Origin: Octopus vulgaris
Taxonomy: Eukaryota
Direction of reading: 5' to 3'
Assembly (NCBI GenBank): GCA_951406725.2
Contig: OX597830.1
Span: forward strand, 12,462,001 to 12,526,000
DNA: 64,000 nucleotides
The notes below the pieces were generated by a model. It had not been told where the DNA came from and searched no databases. It saw only the letters and a program-made list of their open reading frames with translations. Positions 38,007 through 51,385 of the stretch are shown here, piece after piece. The position numbers were made by a program, and so were the translations under genes. Numbering within the stretch: the stretch's first letter is position 1; each line of letters opens with the position of its first letter.

Positions 38007-38281
38007 GAAAACAAAATATATGTGATGGTTCCCACTGGAGGAGGTACAACGTGGTACGAAACCACAACTCGGTCTTAAATTAAGTACTGATGATTCAGCT
38101 TTCACGCTGGTTACCGGAAAAGTTTTGAAAACGCTTTGTGGAAATTCTTTCCAAAAATCCCAACGTCACTGTTTCTTTATATTTTTCTGTACCATTCGGC
38201 CTTTTTGTGGATAATAAAGAAAAAAACTTTCCTGTTGTTGTTGTTGTCGTCGGTATCATTATTATTATTATTATTATTATT

Positions 38282-38820
38282 GAGTGAGAGAGCAGTTCAT
38301 GCCATCAAAGTGACACTGGGGTAAAATATACGAAGCCCAATATACCCTTCATGACTACCCGTCTGATAAGGGTACACCAGGCACATGCATCACAACCATA
38401 TAAGCACGACATGGTGATCTCATACCAAGATAAAGAGCGCATGACCTTGCAGGTGGGGCCCAGTTAGAATTTTCTTCAAGTCGAGTAGCCCATCCCGCTT
38501 AAAAGGTCCCTGAATAAGGGTTGTTTAAGGATGTTGAAAGAACCACCCATGTTTCCAGAGGTGAATTATTCAAACCCCAAAGAATCCCTCTCAACACATG
38601 GCTATGATGCTCCCCCACTACTTCTGCTCGTGATCAGAGATGCACATATCGTCAGCCACTAAGGGACATGCTCAACTGGTTACGGTCAAACAACTGACAA
38701 GCAAATCTGTGGTATTGAGCAGAATATTTGCTGTAGCCCATCTTTTATACCAAGACAAAACAATGTACATGATAACACTTCCAATGTACATGATGACACT
38801 TCCAATGTACATGATAACAT
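38282..38820. mobile_element. Unclassified interspersed-repeat fragment bounded by (ATT)n, ending in a 21-bp triple tandem
   Basis: GC-richer block between ATT runs; CAATGTACATGATAACACTTC x3 at 38761-38820. Confidence 0.45.
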
Positions 38821-38840
38821 TATTATTATTATTATTATTA

Positions 38841-39297
38841 TTCAGTAGTTTTATTTTTATTTTTATAGCGTGCTTTCACTTCACTACCGAGCGCAGCTCT
38901 GTGTGCCTTGGGTGTGTGCTGTGATTTGTTGTGATGCTCTGATGGTTATTGTATGGAAAGTGTTCTGCGTAGGATGTGTGCAGTGCCTAGTAGTGCAATT
39001 TTCTGTATGTTATATGTGTTTGTAAGTCCTGGTGTTTTTGTTATGTATTTGTCTGAATATTTTTTATCATGCCTAATGCACCTACTATGATATGAATTGT
39101 TTCTGTTTTCAGATTCCACATTCTAGTTACCTCTATTTCCAGGTCTTTGTATTTTGAGAGTTTCTCCATTTCTTTTAAGACACGTTGTCATCTGCCGGTA
39201 CTGATACATCAATTAGAAAGCATTTTTTTCTTCATGGTCTCTGACAACTATATCTGGTCTGTTGGCCTTAATTTCTCTATCTGTGTGTATCGGCATA
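38841..39297 (-). mobile_element. R4/Dong-clade 3' end (RLE domain + 3' UTR) inserted in TAA repeats
   Basis: MPIHTDREIKANRPDIVVRD...FLIDVSVP...EKLSKYKDLEIEVTRMWNLK...IVGALG...LLGTAHILRR; ATT runs on both sides. Confidence 0.9.
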
Positions 39298-39394
<97 letters not shown>

Positions 39395-39665
39395 TCCAAC
39401 AATAGTCTTATCAAAATTGTGACAAATACTGCCATCTAAAATTCAGTCTTGAGTTAGACTTACGTGGCATGAAAAACTCACGAGACTCAAACGAGTCATA
39501 GAGAATAATCTCAGAATTATAGAGTGTATGTGTGTGTGTGTGTGTGGGTGAGTGGTGATTTGTGTATCAAGTATTGTTTCTTTTTTGAGGGCATATTTAT
39601 ATTTATACGAATGTATATAAATATATATATATATGTGTGTGTGTGTTTAATAGTTAATCACTCAC

Positions 39666-39733
39666 TTCAAATAGTTGGTCATCTTGATCATCAAAGGGGT
39701 ATCCATCGACTCGGTTCACCACTTCCGCTACTC
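39666..39733 (-). CDS. PDE11A: PDE11A-like phosphodiesterase, internal exon (GAF-B): (G)VAEVVNRVDGYPFDDQDDQLFE
   Basis: tttttttcag|GAGTAGCG...TTTGAA|gtgagt; 68 nt, phase 1 to 0; carries the NKxxxxxFxxxDE GAF motif in the NR..G.PFDD.D form seen in vertebrate PDE11A GAF-B. Confidence 0.92.
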
Positions 39734-39865
39734 CTGAAAAAAATATATTTAAATTAGTTCGCATAAATTAAGTATTTACTGAAATGGTTGCGGCTCAATT
39801 CAATATTTGTTCTCTTACTGGGATAAAAAATATAATAAATGATTTTCCATTTAACTCACGAACAC

Positions 39866-39941
<76 letters not shown>

Positions 39942-40084
39942 ACACAAGAGTCGGTCGCATGCGAAATTATTGATCCAAGTTGATATTTTGTAGATTTTTC
40001 TATGTACATTCATAACATGCAGCAGATATTAACGTTAAACTCTTATATACAGTCACTGAAAATTGTTATTACCAAAATTCCATA

Positions 40085-40383
<299 letters not shown>

Positions 40384-40399
40384 AAAGGGAACTTGGTAT

Positions 40400-41625
40400 C
40401 AACTTTTTAACCTATAACCTGTCTACCACTAATGTGGAAGCTTATGACCGGTGTCTTGACGGAAGAGTTATACACCCTTCTGGAAAGAAATAATGTACTT
40501 CCGGAAGAACAGAAAGGATGCAGGAAACAAAGTAGGGCCGCAAACGATTACTTATTACTTGATAAAATGGTAATTAGAAATTGTAGACGCAGATTGACGT
40601 GACTGGATGTAGTATGGCTAGATTACAAAAAAGCATATGAGATGGTGCCACACAGTTGGATAAGTAAAACAATGAGCAAAAATCAGGGAGAAAACGCTTA
40701 ATTTAAGTATAAAACTTTGGAATACTGAATTGATCGAAGGAAAACAAAAACTCAGGAAAGTGAACATCAGACGTAGAATATTCAAAGGTGATAGCTTATC
40801 TCCCTTAGTATTTGTATTGGCCATGACAATGCTCACTATGATACTACGAAAAATTAAAATTGCTTACAATTTGGGAAAAGGAAATGGTCAGCTAAATCAT
40901 CTCTTTTTCATGGATGATATAAAGATTTATGCAAAAAATGAGAAACAGCTTGAAATTCTTGTACGTACTTTTCTCAAATGAGGTAGGAATGGAATTTGGG
41001 ATAGAAAACCGCGTTATATTGAAAATGAAAGGAGGAAGATTTGAAAGAAGCCAGGGTACTGAAATGCCAAATGGGCAAACAATGAGAGCGACCGAGAAAG
41101 AAGAGAGTTATAAGTACTTGGGAATACTGAAAGCAAACGAAATAAAAAGAAATGAAAAAACGAAACAAATTATCAGTAGGGAATACACAAGAAGAGTCAG
41201 AAATAGGAGCACTCGGTCGGTTACGGCGATGAGGGTCCCAGCTGATACGATCAACGGAACAGCTTGCTCGTGGAATTAACGTGCAAGTGGCTGAGCACTC
41301 CACAGATACGTGTACCCTTAACGTAGTTCTCGAGGAGATTCAGCGTGACACAGAGTGTGACAAGGCTGGCCCTTTGAAATACAGGTACAACAGAAACAGG
41401 AAGAAAGAGTGAGAGAAAGTTGTGGTGAAAGAGTACAGCAGGGTTCATCACCACCCCCTGCAGAAGCCTTGTGAAGCTTTAGGTGTTTTCGCTCAATAAA
41501 CACTCACAATGCCCGGTCTGGGAATCGAAACCGCGATCCTACGACCGCGAGTCCGCTGCCCTAACCACTGGGCCATTGCACCTCCAAGGAGAGTCAGAAA
41601 ATTATAGTAGTCAAAGCTGCAGTCT
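40400..41625 (+). mobile_element. R4/Dong-clade RT fragment interrupted by a SINE
   Basis: [78 protein letters not shown]. Confidence 0.88.
41204..41585 (-). mobile_element. tRNA-derived SINE family C with TSD
   Basis: Head GGAGGTGCAATGGCCCAGTGGTTAGGGCAGCGGACTCGCGGTC...GGTTTCGATTCCC; TSD AAG(A/G)AGAGTCAGAAA at 41189-41203 and 41586-41600. Confidence 0.9.
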
Positions 41626-41954
41626 CCTTTAGAGTGATTTAGAAATATTAATATTTCTATTTTTGAAAACCAGTGGATGTGTTCCACTGAATATATATAA
41701 ATAAACCTTCGGACAGTCAGCAGCGACGTCTGCTAGGTTCGGCTACTCCACATTGAAAAGGAGCAAATACCCCGAAACTAGTCTGTGGTTGTTGAACCAG
41801 CAAGCGACAGATGCTGAGCTCCGCTGTTAAAAGGTTGTAATGGACACAGGATTGTGTCACATAGCTAGCTAGAGGCGATGGCCTCTTGGAGCTAATCAAC
41901 GACAGCATTCGTCCTATTTTTCTGGACCGTCATGTTAGCTTAGCGATAACTCAT

Positions 41955-42370
41955 TACTCTTTACTCTTTTACTTATTTCAGTCATTTGAGTATGACCATG
42001 CCGGAGAACCGCATTTAGTCGAGCAAATCGAACCCAGGACTTATTCTTTGTAAGCCTAGCACTTACTCTATCGGTCTCTTTTGCCGAATCGCTAAGTTTC
42101 GGGGACGTAAACACACAAGCATCGGTTGTCAAGCGATTTTGGCGGGACAAACACAGACGCACAAACATATACACACACATACATATATATATATGTATAC
42201 ATATATACGACGGGCTTCTTTAAGTTTCCGTCTACCAAATCCACTCACAAGGTTTTGATCGGCCCGATGCTATAGCAGAAGACACTTGCCCAAGGTGCCA
42301 CGCAGTGGGACTGAACCCGGAACCATGTACTTGGTAAGCAACCTACTTACCACACAGCCACTGCTGCGCC
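41955..42370 (-). mobile_element. Full-length SINE family B
   Basis: Reverse complement of the 16935-17338 family. Confidence 0.88.
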
Positions 42371-43019
42371 TATATATATATAATGTTACTAATGTTTATA
42401 CGTGGACGTCTTATTGTTGAAAGTCAAAAGACACTGAAGCAGTCTTAGTAACAGAAATGATATACCGGACAGATAATATTTTAAGTATATTTAATCTCAG
42501 ATTCTTTAAATATTTTATACAGCTTCCATTTATAATGCATTGCTTATTATTGGAAAACTTATCTAAAGCAACATGATTTTTAATCCTTCACTTCTATACA
42601 TGTTCTGAATGTTTCATCTCCGATAAGAGCTTTTTGATGTCATATTTAGCTATTGTCTTGTGTTCTGTTTGCTAACTGCAATATGAATATATATCACTTT
42701 TCAATTTTTCTATCTCTTGATGACATTTAACTCTGGTGAGATAAAGATGAGTGTAGCATTACACTTTACCACTGTATCCGTATTATATTGACTATAAATA
42801 TGTTATATCTTTTACCCAGAATGTTATGATAGAACAAAGTTATAATAGAATCAACAAAGAAGCGTCTAAGTGTTTATATAACCTGCAGAACATAGTAGTC
42901 ATATTTCCCTCAGATTAGAGCCTACGGGAAAAGTTAAAAACGTATTGGATAATATAATCCTTGATAGATGATGCCTAAAAGACAATAGAGATGATCTTAG
43001 CTAGAAGCGTTTAATCAAT

Positions 43020-43190
43020 AGGTGTAGATGTGGCTGTGTGGTAAGTAACTTGCTTACGAACCATATGGTTCCGGGTTCAGTCCCCCTGCGTGGCACCTTC
43101 GGTTAGTGTCTTCTACTATAGCCTTGGGTCAACCAAAGCCTTCTGAGTGGATTTGGTAGACGGAAACTGAAAGAAGCCTGTCGCATATAT
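43020..43190 (+). mobile_element. SINE family B 5' part
   Basis: GTGGCTGTGTGGTAAGTAACTTGCTTACGAACC...GGATTTGGTAGACGGAAACTGAAAGAAGCC. Confidence 0.85.
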
Positions 43191-43596
43191 GTACAATGGA
43201 CATTATTCCGGATTCCTTTTACCTTTAAAAGTTTAATCATTTTAAAACAATTTTAGTCGCCTTGCTATATATATATTCATAATTTCTCCATGTATTTTCT
43301 TCATACGCATCGTTCTTTAAAGGTTTTTCACGCGTTTTTATATGTGTATATATGTATATTCTTATACCTTCGCATTTTGTGTGCTGAACGCCCTGGTATT
43401 TTAAGATGTTCAACGATGTGAATATATGGGGATGATATAAAGTTGTTTGCCCATTTCTGATGTTTATTTTTTAACCACTGTGTTTATCTTTTGCCTCGGA
43501 TTTTTTTTACTTGAGTACTTCTATTTGCAGCCCTATATTTATTTTAATTTTCGACTTCTATAAGGAGAAACGAAATTTAAAACTTGTATGCATATG

Positions 43597-43979
43597 GAAG
43601 CACTCCGTCGGTTACGACGATGAGGGTTCCGGTTGATCCGAATCAACGGAACAGCCTGCTCGTGAAATTAACGTGTAAGTGGCTGAGCACTCCACAGACA
43701 CATGCACCCCTAACGTAGTTCTCGGGGATAATCAGCGTGACACAGAGAGTGACAAGGCCGGCCCTTTGAAGTACAGGTACAACAGAAACAGAAAGTAAGA
43801 ATGAGAGAAAGTTGTGGGGAAAAGAGTACAGCAGGGATCATCACCATCCCCTGCCGGAGCCTCGTGGAGCTTTAGGTGTTTTCGCTCAATAAACATTCAC
43901 AACGCCCGGTCTGGGAATCGAAACCGCGATCCTATGACCGCGAGTCCGCTGCCCTAATCACTGGGCCATTGCGCCTCCA
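43597..43979 (-). mobile_element. tRNA-derived SINE family C
   Basis: Near-identical to 41204-41585. Confidence 0.9.
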
Positions 43980-44088
43980 ATATATATACATATATATACG
44001 CCATGATAGATCGTTAGCTCCTACACACATATTTTTTCTCTCCTTATTCTTTTCTCTCCTTGTTTCTCCCCTTGTTTTTTTTCTGTGT

Positions 44089-44128
44089 ATCTTTCTGTCG
44101 AAGAGCGTAGGCTCGAAACGTAAAAGAT
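44089..44128 (+). ncRNA. Minimal type I hammerhead-like motif (core variant CTGTCGA)
   Basis: ATCTTT CTGTCGA A GAGC-GTAG-GCTC GAAA CG TA AAAGAT: perfect 6-bp stem I, 4-bp stem II, GUA triplet; A6 replaced by U. Confidence 0.55.
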
Positions 44129-44224
44129 TTTTTTCTATTTCTATTCCTGAGCGCTATACTAATACATTTGTTTGTTTGTACTCCACCTGCCTTCGTCTTT
44201 TGTTTATTTTCGTAAACTTTTCCG

Positions 44225-44296
<72 letters not shown>

Positions 44297-44806
44297 ATAT
44301 ATATAGTATAAGTGAGTAACAAAGATGTACAGGTGTCAAATCATTAAGGCTGTTTCTAATGACTCTTAATTTTTTTATTGATCAATGAGAACATTACATC
44401 ATTGTAAAGAATCCATTTTCGTCCGATGAATTCGACAGTTCAATTTATTCAAAATAGTTAACAAATTCACGGTGTAAAACTATTTATATTGATGCTGTTA
44501 CCATTCAGTTGGCAGAATAGTGTATATTTGGTCAGAACAAAGAATTTGGGGATTATCAGAGTTTATAGTGTGGGGTGGGGTGGGGTAGATAGGAAATGAA
44601 ATATAAGAATGCCCCAACCTTTTGTTTCATTATTGCACGATCTGCAATTATTATTGTACTCCTGCTAAATGGACATTATCAGGTCTACTGTCCATCAGTT
44701 TCTGGAGGTATTGGGACAGGATAGTGTTTCTGGATGACGAGGGAATATGTTAGCGGATTGATTACTGAGGTCCGTGTACTTTATTTAGTGACTGACATCG
44801 ATTTAC

Positions 44807-45254
44807 GGATCTTTTCGGTTTGAACTGCAGTTTTTAACATAATTTCTAGGTAACTAAAAAAATTTAAACTTCGTATACTGGTAGAATGTGTTTATAAAAC
44901 ATCTTTTTCTCTTGGCTTTATTGAGAAAATTCTATAGTTTGTAAGATATTTGTTGTTTTTTCTTCAATTTCTGCAATTTCAACCAATCAATGACGTCCAT
45001 TGAGGTAAATAACATTCCGTACCGTATGAATATGTCCCTCGTTTAAGAAACAGATCGGGTTTATTAACATTTGTGAAGAAAAAAAGATACCCTTCCCCCA
45101 CCCCTAACCCTAAACCTAACCCTAACTAACCCTAACTCTAACCCTAACCCTAAAATAGATTGAAATGCAATAGATCGATACTAGGGTCATAATTATGGGT
45201 GACAATTTCATATGACACCGCTAGAAAAAACTGCCGTTCAAACCGAAAAGATCC
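44807..45254 (+). mobile_element. Merlin-like MITE copy 3 with exact 8-bp TSD
   Basis: TIRs as above; CGATTTAC at 44799-44806 and 45255-45262. Confidence 0.92.
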
Positions 45255-45346
45255 CGATTTACCACTACATATACTCAGTAGACTTTGTTCGCATTTATAT
45301 TTCCAAAAGTAAATAAATATCTGATTGTGGGTGTGCGTGTATATGA

Positions 45347-45394
<48 letters not shown>

Positions 45395-45654
45395 GTATAC
45401 AAGATTTGTATTTGAGGATATATAATTTTCAGTAAATTACTCTCTCCTCGTATTAATTAAAATGCTCTTATTTCTTTCAGATCCACCATGGGGATAAAAT
45501 ACTAATACAAGAAATCTAAGACATGTTCTCATTGTTACCAGATGTGCAGATCACTACGACTTAGAAGTTACTAACACAAAGTTCAGTTGAAATAGGAAGC
45601 CTCTGGGAGGAGCGTATATAAACTGCGTCAAAGAGAAAAAAAAAATAATCATTC

Positions 45655-45883
45655 TAAATGTTCGGATACTACAGACTCCGCGATTTATCCAACGGTCTAA
45701 TACGTTTGAAGCGTTGTTGAAAGTAAAGCTAATCAATATCCTGAGAATACCATGGCTTCATTGAAAGCCACCATTGTCCACATTATGCTGGGAATCATTA
45801 AGAACCTTTTAGTGCAGATATCTCAACGACTCTGGTGCCGCACTGAAGTAGTCGTCGAAGCTGAGGGCGGTTTCATAAAATAA
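45655..45883 (+). mobile_element. Tc1/mariner-superfamily transposase C-terminal remnant
   Basis: ...VVESKANQYPENTMASLKATIV...RTEVVVEAEGGFIK* resembles the tail following SPDLNP. Confidence 0.55.
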
Positions 45884-46004
45884 TCTTCCAAGGAAGCTTA
45901 TCGAGAAAATGAACGCATATTTTTTATTAAAAAGCATCCGCTTTTTGCTACTTTAGAGTTATTAGTTGAACTAAAAAAATTGTCATTAAATATCTTTCTG
46001 ATTC

Positions 46005-46052
<48 letters not shown>

Positions 46053-46300
46053 ACTCTCTTTTTCTATCTTTAAGTAGAAAAGTGAATAAAATTTGCAATA
46101 AAAATTTTATTTAAAACTTCTTTTGAACACACAGACACACACATATCTGTACTACATAGAAACGTTATCCAAGCGAGTTTCAGGATTTGGGGGAAGATCA
46201 AAATGAGGGGTGGAAAAAAAGAATTTGAAAACCACTGGTGTAAAAAATCATAGAATATTTTGAATAATTATTCTGATAATGACATTTGATGACTAACACG

Positions 46301-46346
<46 letters not shown>

Positions 46347-46354
<8 letters not shown>

Positions 46355-46506
46355 TGCCATGCTTGTTCTAAGGTGTAGGTACAGGAGGTGGTCAAACTCT
46401 GCATAAGGAGTAGACAGCCACCATATATATATATATATATATATATATGGTGGCTGTCTTAGAACACCTCTTACCTACACCTTAGAACAAGCATGGCATA
46501 TGATGT
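46347..46506. repeat. Palindrome centred on (AT)13
   Basis: 35-bp perfect outer arms ACATCATATGCCATGCTTGTTCTAAGGTGTAGGTA (46347-46381 / 46472-46506) and inner AGACAGCCACC / GGTGGCTGTCT. Confidence 0.92.
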
Positions 46507-46684
46507 GGCATCAGATGACATTGTTCTGAAAAGATATCCACATAGATTGCACATGCGATTTGGACCCAAAGAGCTGTCTTTTGGGGCCTCTGTTAGATTT
46601 GCAAATCTTCTGGCATACACTGCATTCAAAGGTATGCACAGACATATACGCAGAATAATTGGTGGAAGTTCATTTTCCATGGGT

Positions 46685-48020
46685 TCACAAATGAGATTTG
46701 AGCCCAGCAAAAGACAGGCATGGTCTGTCACAAACTTTGCACACAGAAAGGTCATTGTCATTCCCCTTCTCGATCGCAACATTCTTCCTTGGATCTCTTT
46801 TGAGTCTTATATGCATTAGCTTGGCCTCTTCAAACGCTCTCACTCCACTCCACACTTTTGTTCGCCATCCAACTTGATCCGAAGCAAGGGTTTCTTCGTC
46901 TCCTGGATCCATTCCAGGTGACTTCATATAGACCTTATGCCGTCCTTAAACCTTTTTTTAGGTTTAAGCCGATAGCGTTTCCTCTCTGCAAGCTCACCGT
47001 AAAACGGCTGTTTCGGCGTACGTTCATCCGCCATTCAAACAATATGGCCACTCCATATCATTTGGTTCCTCAAAATCATAGCTTTATTTGAGGTGATGCC
47101 TGCAGATACAAGGACATCTGTGTTTGGAGTAAAAGAACTCCATTTATTGCTTAAAATGTGATGAAGGCATTTTGGTGGAATTGTTCCAACAATTTAAAAT
47201 ACCTTTCATCGTTTCACAGGAATACAACAGGGATGGTAAGACAAATGATTTGTAAAGAGGCAGCTTTGTATTCTTATTTATATGTCGCTGGTACCAAACA
47301 CGTGACTCCAAGCCACCAAATGCTTTTGCTACCCTTTGAATTCGCAGATGTATTTCTGTATCAAGATTGCCACTATTTTGTACAGAGCTTCCAAGACAGA
47401 TGAACGAATCGACCCCCTCAAGTAACTTACCCTTAACAAAAATTTTAGTGGGGTTACAAACAGCACCAGATGCAGGTTGATGCATTACAAGCTGATGGTC
47501 AAGCTAAAATCCTCACAAGCTGAGTGAAATGCAGATGCAAGAGATTGCAGGCCTGTTTCAGAATGACTGACAAGATCGCAATCGTCGGTGTATAAAATGA
47601 GTGAAGTAAAAAGCTTCGTTTTGAATTAAAAGCATCAGATTAAAAGCATTCCCTGTTGTTCGATTGTTTATGTAAATACCCTCCTCAGAGTTTTGAAAAG
47701 CATGTGACAACACAACAACTAAGTATATTGCTTAGAGGGTGGGCAAGGTCTCCTTGCTTTACTCCATTTTCCACGGCAAAAATTTCAAAGAGCCTATCAC
47801 CAAAATTAACTCTAGCTTTCATATCTTGATGCAAAGCCCTGATCATGTTTGCAAATTTTTCTGGGCAACCTATTTTCCTAAGAATTAGTCACAGAGCATT
47901 TCGATTAACAGTATCGAATGCTTTGCTCAAATCAACAAAGCAATTGTATAGGGCAAGGTTCTGTTCAGTGCACTTCTCTTGTAATTGTCTGACAGTAAAG
48001 ATACAATCAGCTGTGCCCCA
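46685..48020 (-). mobile_element. Degraded RTE-clade LINE (RT to C-terminal C2H2-like finger)
   Basis: LYNCFVDLSKAFDTVNR..L..ILRKIGCPEKF, FICLGSSV...LDTEIHLRI...KAFGGL, VLPSLLYSCET, CKVCDRPCLSFAGLKSHL. Confidence 0.88.
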
Positions 48021-49011
48021 GGAGGAACGGTTGGTTGTTTAAATGTACGTGGCACCTTGGGCAAGTGTCTTGTACTATAGACTCGAGCCAACCACAGCTA
48101 TTCCTGCGCCTATTCATATATATCTAAGTGTGTGTCTTTCTCTCTGTTTGTCTCCACACCACTGCTTGATAACCAGTGTTCGTGTGTTTGCGTCTCCGTA
48201 AGCTAGCAGTGCGGCAAAAGAGATCGATAGAATAAGTATCAGGCTTCAAGAAAAGAAGTACTGCCTTTCGACTAAAATATTCAAGCCGGTGCCAAAGTGT
48301 AATGACTGAATTATAGAAGCTACGCAGTCGCGACTCTCTATTTCGCTGACTCTCTATCTCACTCTGTCTGTCTGTCTGTCTCTCTATCTGTCTCATTATT
48401 TCCTCTTGCACATGGATTAATAAAATATGTTCTTCCACCCGTATGTGAGACTATCGTGTCCCACGACACTTGAAATATATTATAAACTCTGCTGTAACGC
48501 TAATGAAATATTGTTTACCAAACCAGCAGCATTTTCCTGGAGAATTTACAACGCAACCTTCTAAGCAATATCAAATCATTTCTATACAATCTACCTCTTT
48601 GGAAATCTGATTGTAATTAGTTCGCTGAAATTTATTTTATTTTACAATATAGGTGAGACATATTTCCGGATAATACTATGACATTTGTCTAGATTGATTA
48701 ACGGTGACAGCGAAAATGCGAATAGTTCTGCTTGCATCCGAGATATAGAGATTGCAAACCCATACGGCGACGTGTGTTTACAGAGTATCTATACATACAG
48801 ATTCAAAATTGCAATGCGCAGACTGCAATGCGCAAACTGGGTAGCGTACACTTTACGAGTACGACTGGGAATACTCTTGTCAGAGTGTGTGAATAGATTG
48901 AAAGTGTATACATGAGCATGTGTGTAGATTTGTGTATACAAAAAATGTATGCAACGGTATGCCCAAGAACAAGCCTTCACGAACATGTGTTGCCTTTTAA
49001 TATGTATGTAT

Positions 49012-49093
<82 letters not shown>

Positions 49094-49102
49094 TCACAAA
49101 TT

Positions 49103-49520
49103 ATATAATTTCATAAATATAATTATAAAATTATAAGGGCAACTACCAAGTAATGCCACAAGCGAGAAGACCAAATTTATTCACTGCTGAATTATGTTGG
49201 TTGAGATGAACGTGGCTGAGATGAACGAACTAGATTTTTGACTTGTATATAATTGCGAACATTTATACAAGCACCGTGGATACGTTGTGTTCGTATGGTT
49301 ATATGTAGTTCTGGTTATGTCATACCGATTGTGGTAGAATGGTATTACATCACTAAACCGGAAATCGATCGATATATGGATAAACTATTTCAAAAAATCT
49401 TTCAGCGCCTGTCTATGTGATAGATAAAGTAGTTTATAGACATGTAGCGTCTTATCGCATGTGGCATTATTTCGTAGTTGCCCTTATTATAATTTAATAA
49501 TTATATTTATAAAATTATAT
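49103..49520. repeat. Inverted repeat, ~70-bp arms (49103-49171 / 49449-49520)
   Basis: TAAGGGCAACTACCAAGTAATGCCACAAGCGAGAAGAC vs GTCTTATCGCATGTGGCATTATTTCGTAGTTGCCCTTA. Confidence 0.8.
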
Positions 49521-49659
49521 ACCTCGTATTAATTTTTACTTTAATTGGTTTTTACATGGTAGTTACTTGATAAAATCCTATATAGATTTTATCCTTAATT
49601 TTAACTTATATATATGTATATATCTATCTAACCATATATATATATATATATATATATAA

Positions 49660-50735
49660 TACATCAAGTACGGGACATCACCAACGAGTGAAAATTACGT
49701 AGACATACGAGCGATATATACAGGACGAATTACCAAAAAATATACAGTCAGAACAGGACATTACCAACGAGTGAAAAATACGTAAACACATAATGAGAGA
49801 CAAGTACGGGACAAAATACCAAAAGAAGTCTAACCTTCCTCAGTTGTTGACCGTTAATTACTCCCTATTTCGAACTTTCAGCGACAGTATAGAAAAACTT
49901 CATTAAATAGCAGCATCCAGAAATTTTAAAAATATAAAATTTGTGTAGAATTTGAGCTTCGAACGAACAAGCAACGACAGAGTGGATGTACAGAGTAAAC
50001 AATCGACGAATATAAACGTTAAGTGCCGTTAGGCCAAGACGCATTGTAATGGGTAACGCCTAGGAGAAATTTTGAAAGGATATAGGATAAATAGAGGAGA
50101 AGAAAATAGTGGAAGAGAAAAGAAGACAGAAAGAAAATGTCGGGAGGCGAGAAGAAATGACGACCAGTTATGTATGTGTTGCGTCCAGAAAAGACAGAGG
50201 TGAGAAAAATGGCCTGTAGTCTCGTGGGAACAGACAGAGAAGAATGGAGACAAGAGATAAGGGAAAGAAACAAAGGGAGAAGGGAGAAGGAACGAAAGCT
50301 TGTAAGGGTTGAAAGAAAGATAGACAGGGGACAGCAAAGAGGGTGGGGGAGAAACAGAAAATAAAGAGGATTGTAGAGAGAAAGAAAGAAAATGAAAGGA
50401 AACAGAAAGTAGAGTCGCAGAAATTATAAATAAAAATAAAAACTTATTGTCGACAAGGCTGCGTGGCGTTCGATTATAAATAAATATATATAAAATACAT
50501 GAAATACTGGACATTACCAACGAGGGAAAATTAAGGAGATAAACGAGCGATAATTACCCTAAAATATGCAAGAATAGATATCACCAATGAGGGGAAAATG
50601 CGCAGACACATAATGAGAGACAAAATATCAAAAGAAGTCTAACACCTCCTCAGTTGTCGACTGTTAATTATTCCTTATTTCGAGCTTTCAACGGCAAAAC
50701 TTCATAAACTCCATACAGCAGCAGCATCCAGGAAT
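49660..50735 (-). mobile_element. Non-autonomous element with diverged direct terminal repeats (Penelope pLTR-like), between (TA)n runs
   Basis: 49660-49925 and 50505-50735 share GGACATTACCAACGAG, CACATAATGAGAGACAA, AAAAGAAGTCTAAC..TCCTCAGTTGT..GTTAATTA..TATTTCGA..CAGCATCCAG. Confidence 0.55.
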
Positions 50736-50748
50736 TATGTGTGTTGTA

Positions 50749-50750
<2 letters not shown>

Positions 50751-50807
<57 letters not shown>

Positions 50808-51189
50808 ATATGTATATATGTATACATATATATATATACATATATATATATGTATATATATGTATATATATATGTATATATATGTATATATATGTATATA
50901 TATATATATATATATAAATATACATATATATATATAAATATACATATATATGTATATATATGTATATATATATATACATATATATGTATATATATATGTA
51001 TATATATTTATACATATATATATATATATATACATATATAATACATATATATATACATATATATATATATTTATACATATATATATATGTATATATATAT
51101 ACATATATATATACATGTATATATATGTATATATATATATACATATATATATGTATATATATACATATATATATACATGTATATATATG

Positions 51190-51267
<78 letters not shown>

Positions 51268-51281
51268 TATATATATATATG

Positions 51282-51341
<60 letters not shown>

Positions 51342-51385
51342 ATATACATATATATTATATATATATATATACATGTATATACATA
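50751..51385. repeat. (TA)n microsatellite with TG/CA variants
   Basis: Directly visible. Confidence 0.97.

Noticed and set aside
45101-45152. Chromosome end or fusion site from CCCTAA repeats
   Set aside because: Short tract internal to a MITE present in three copies
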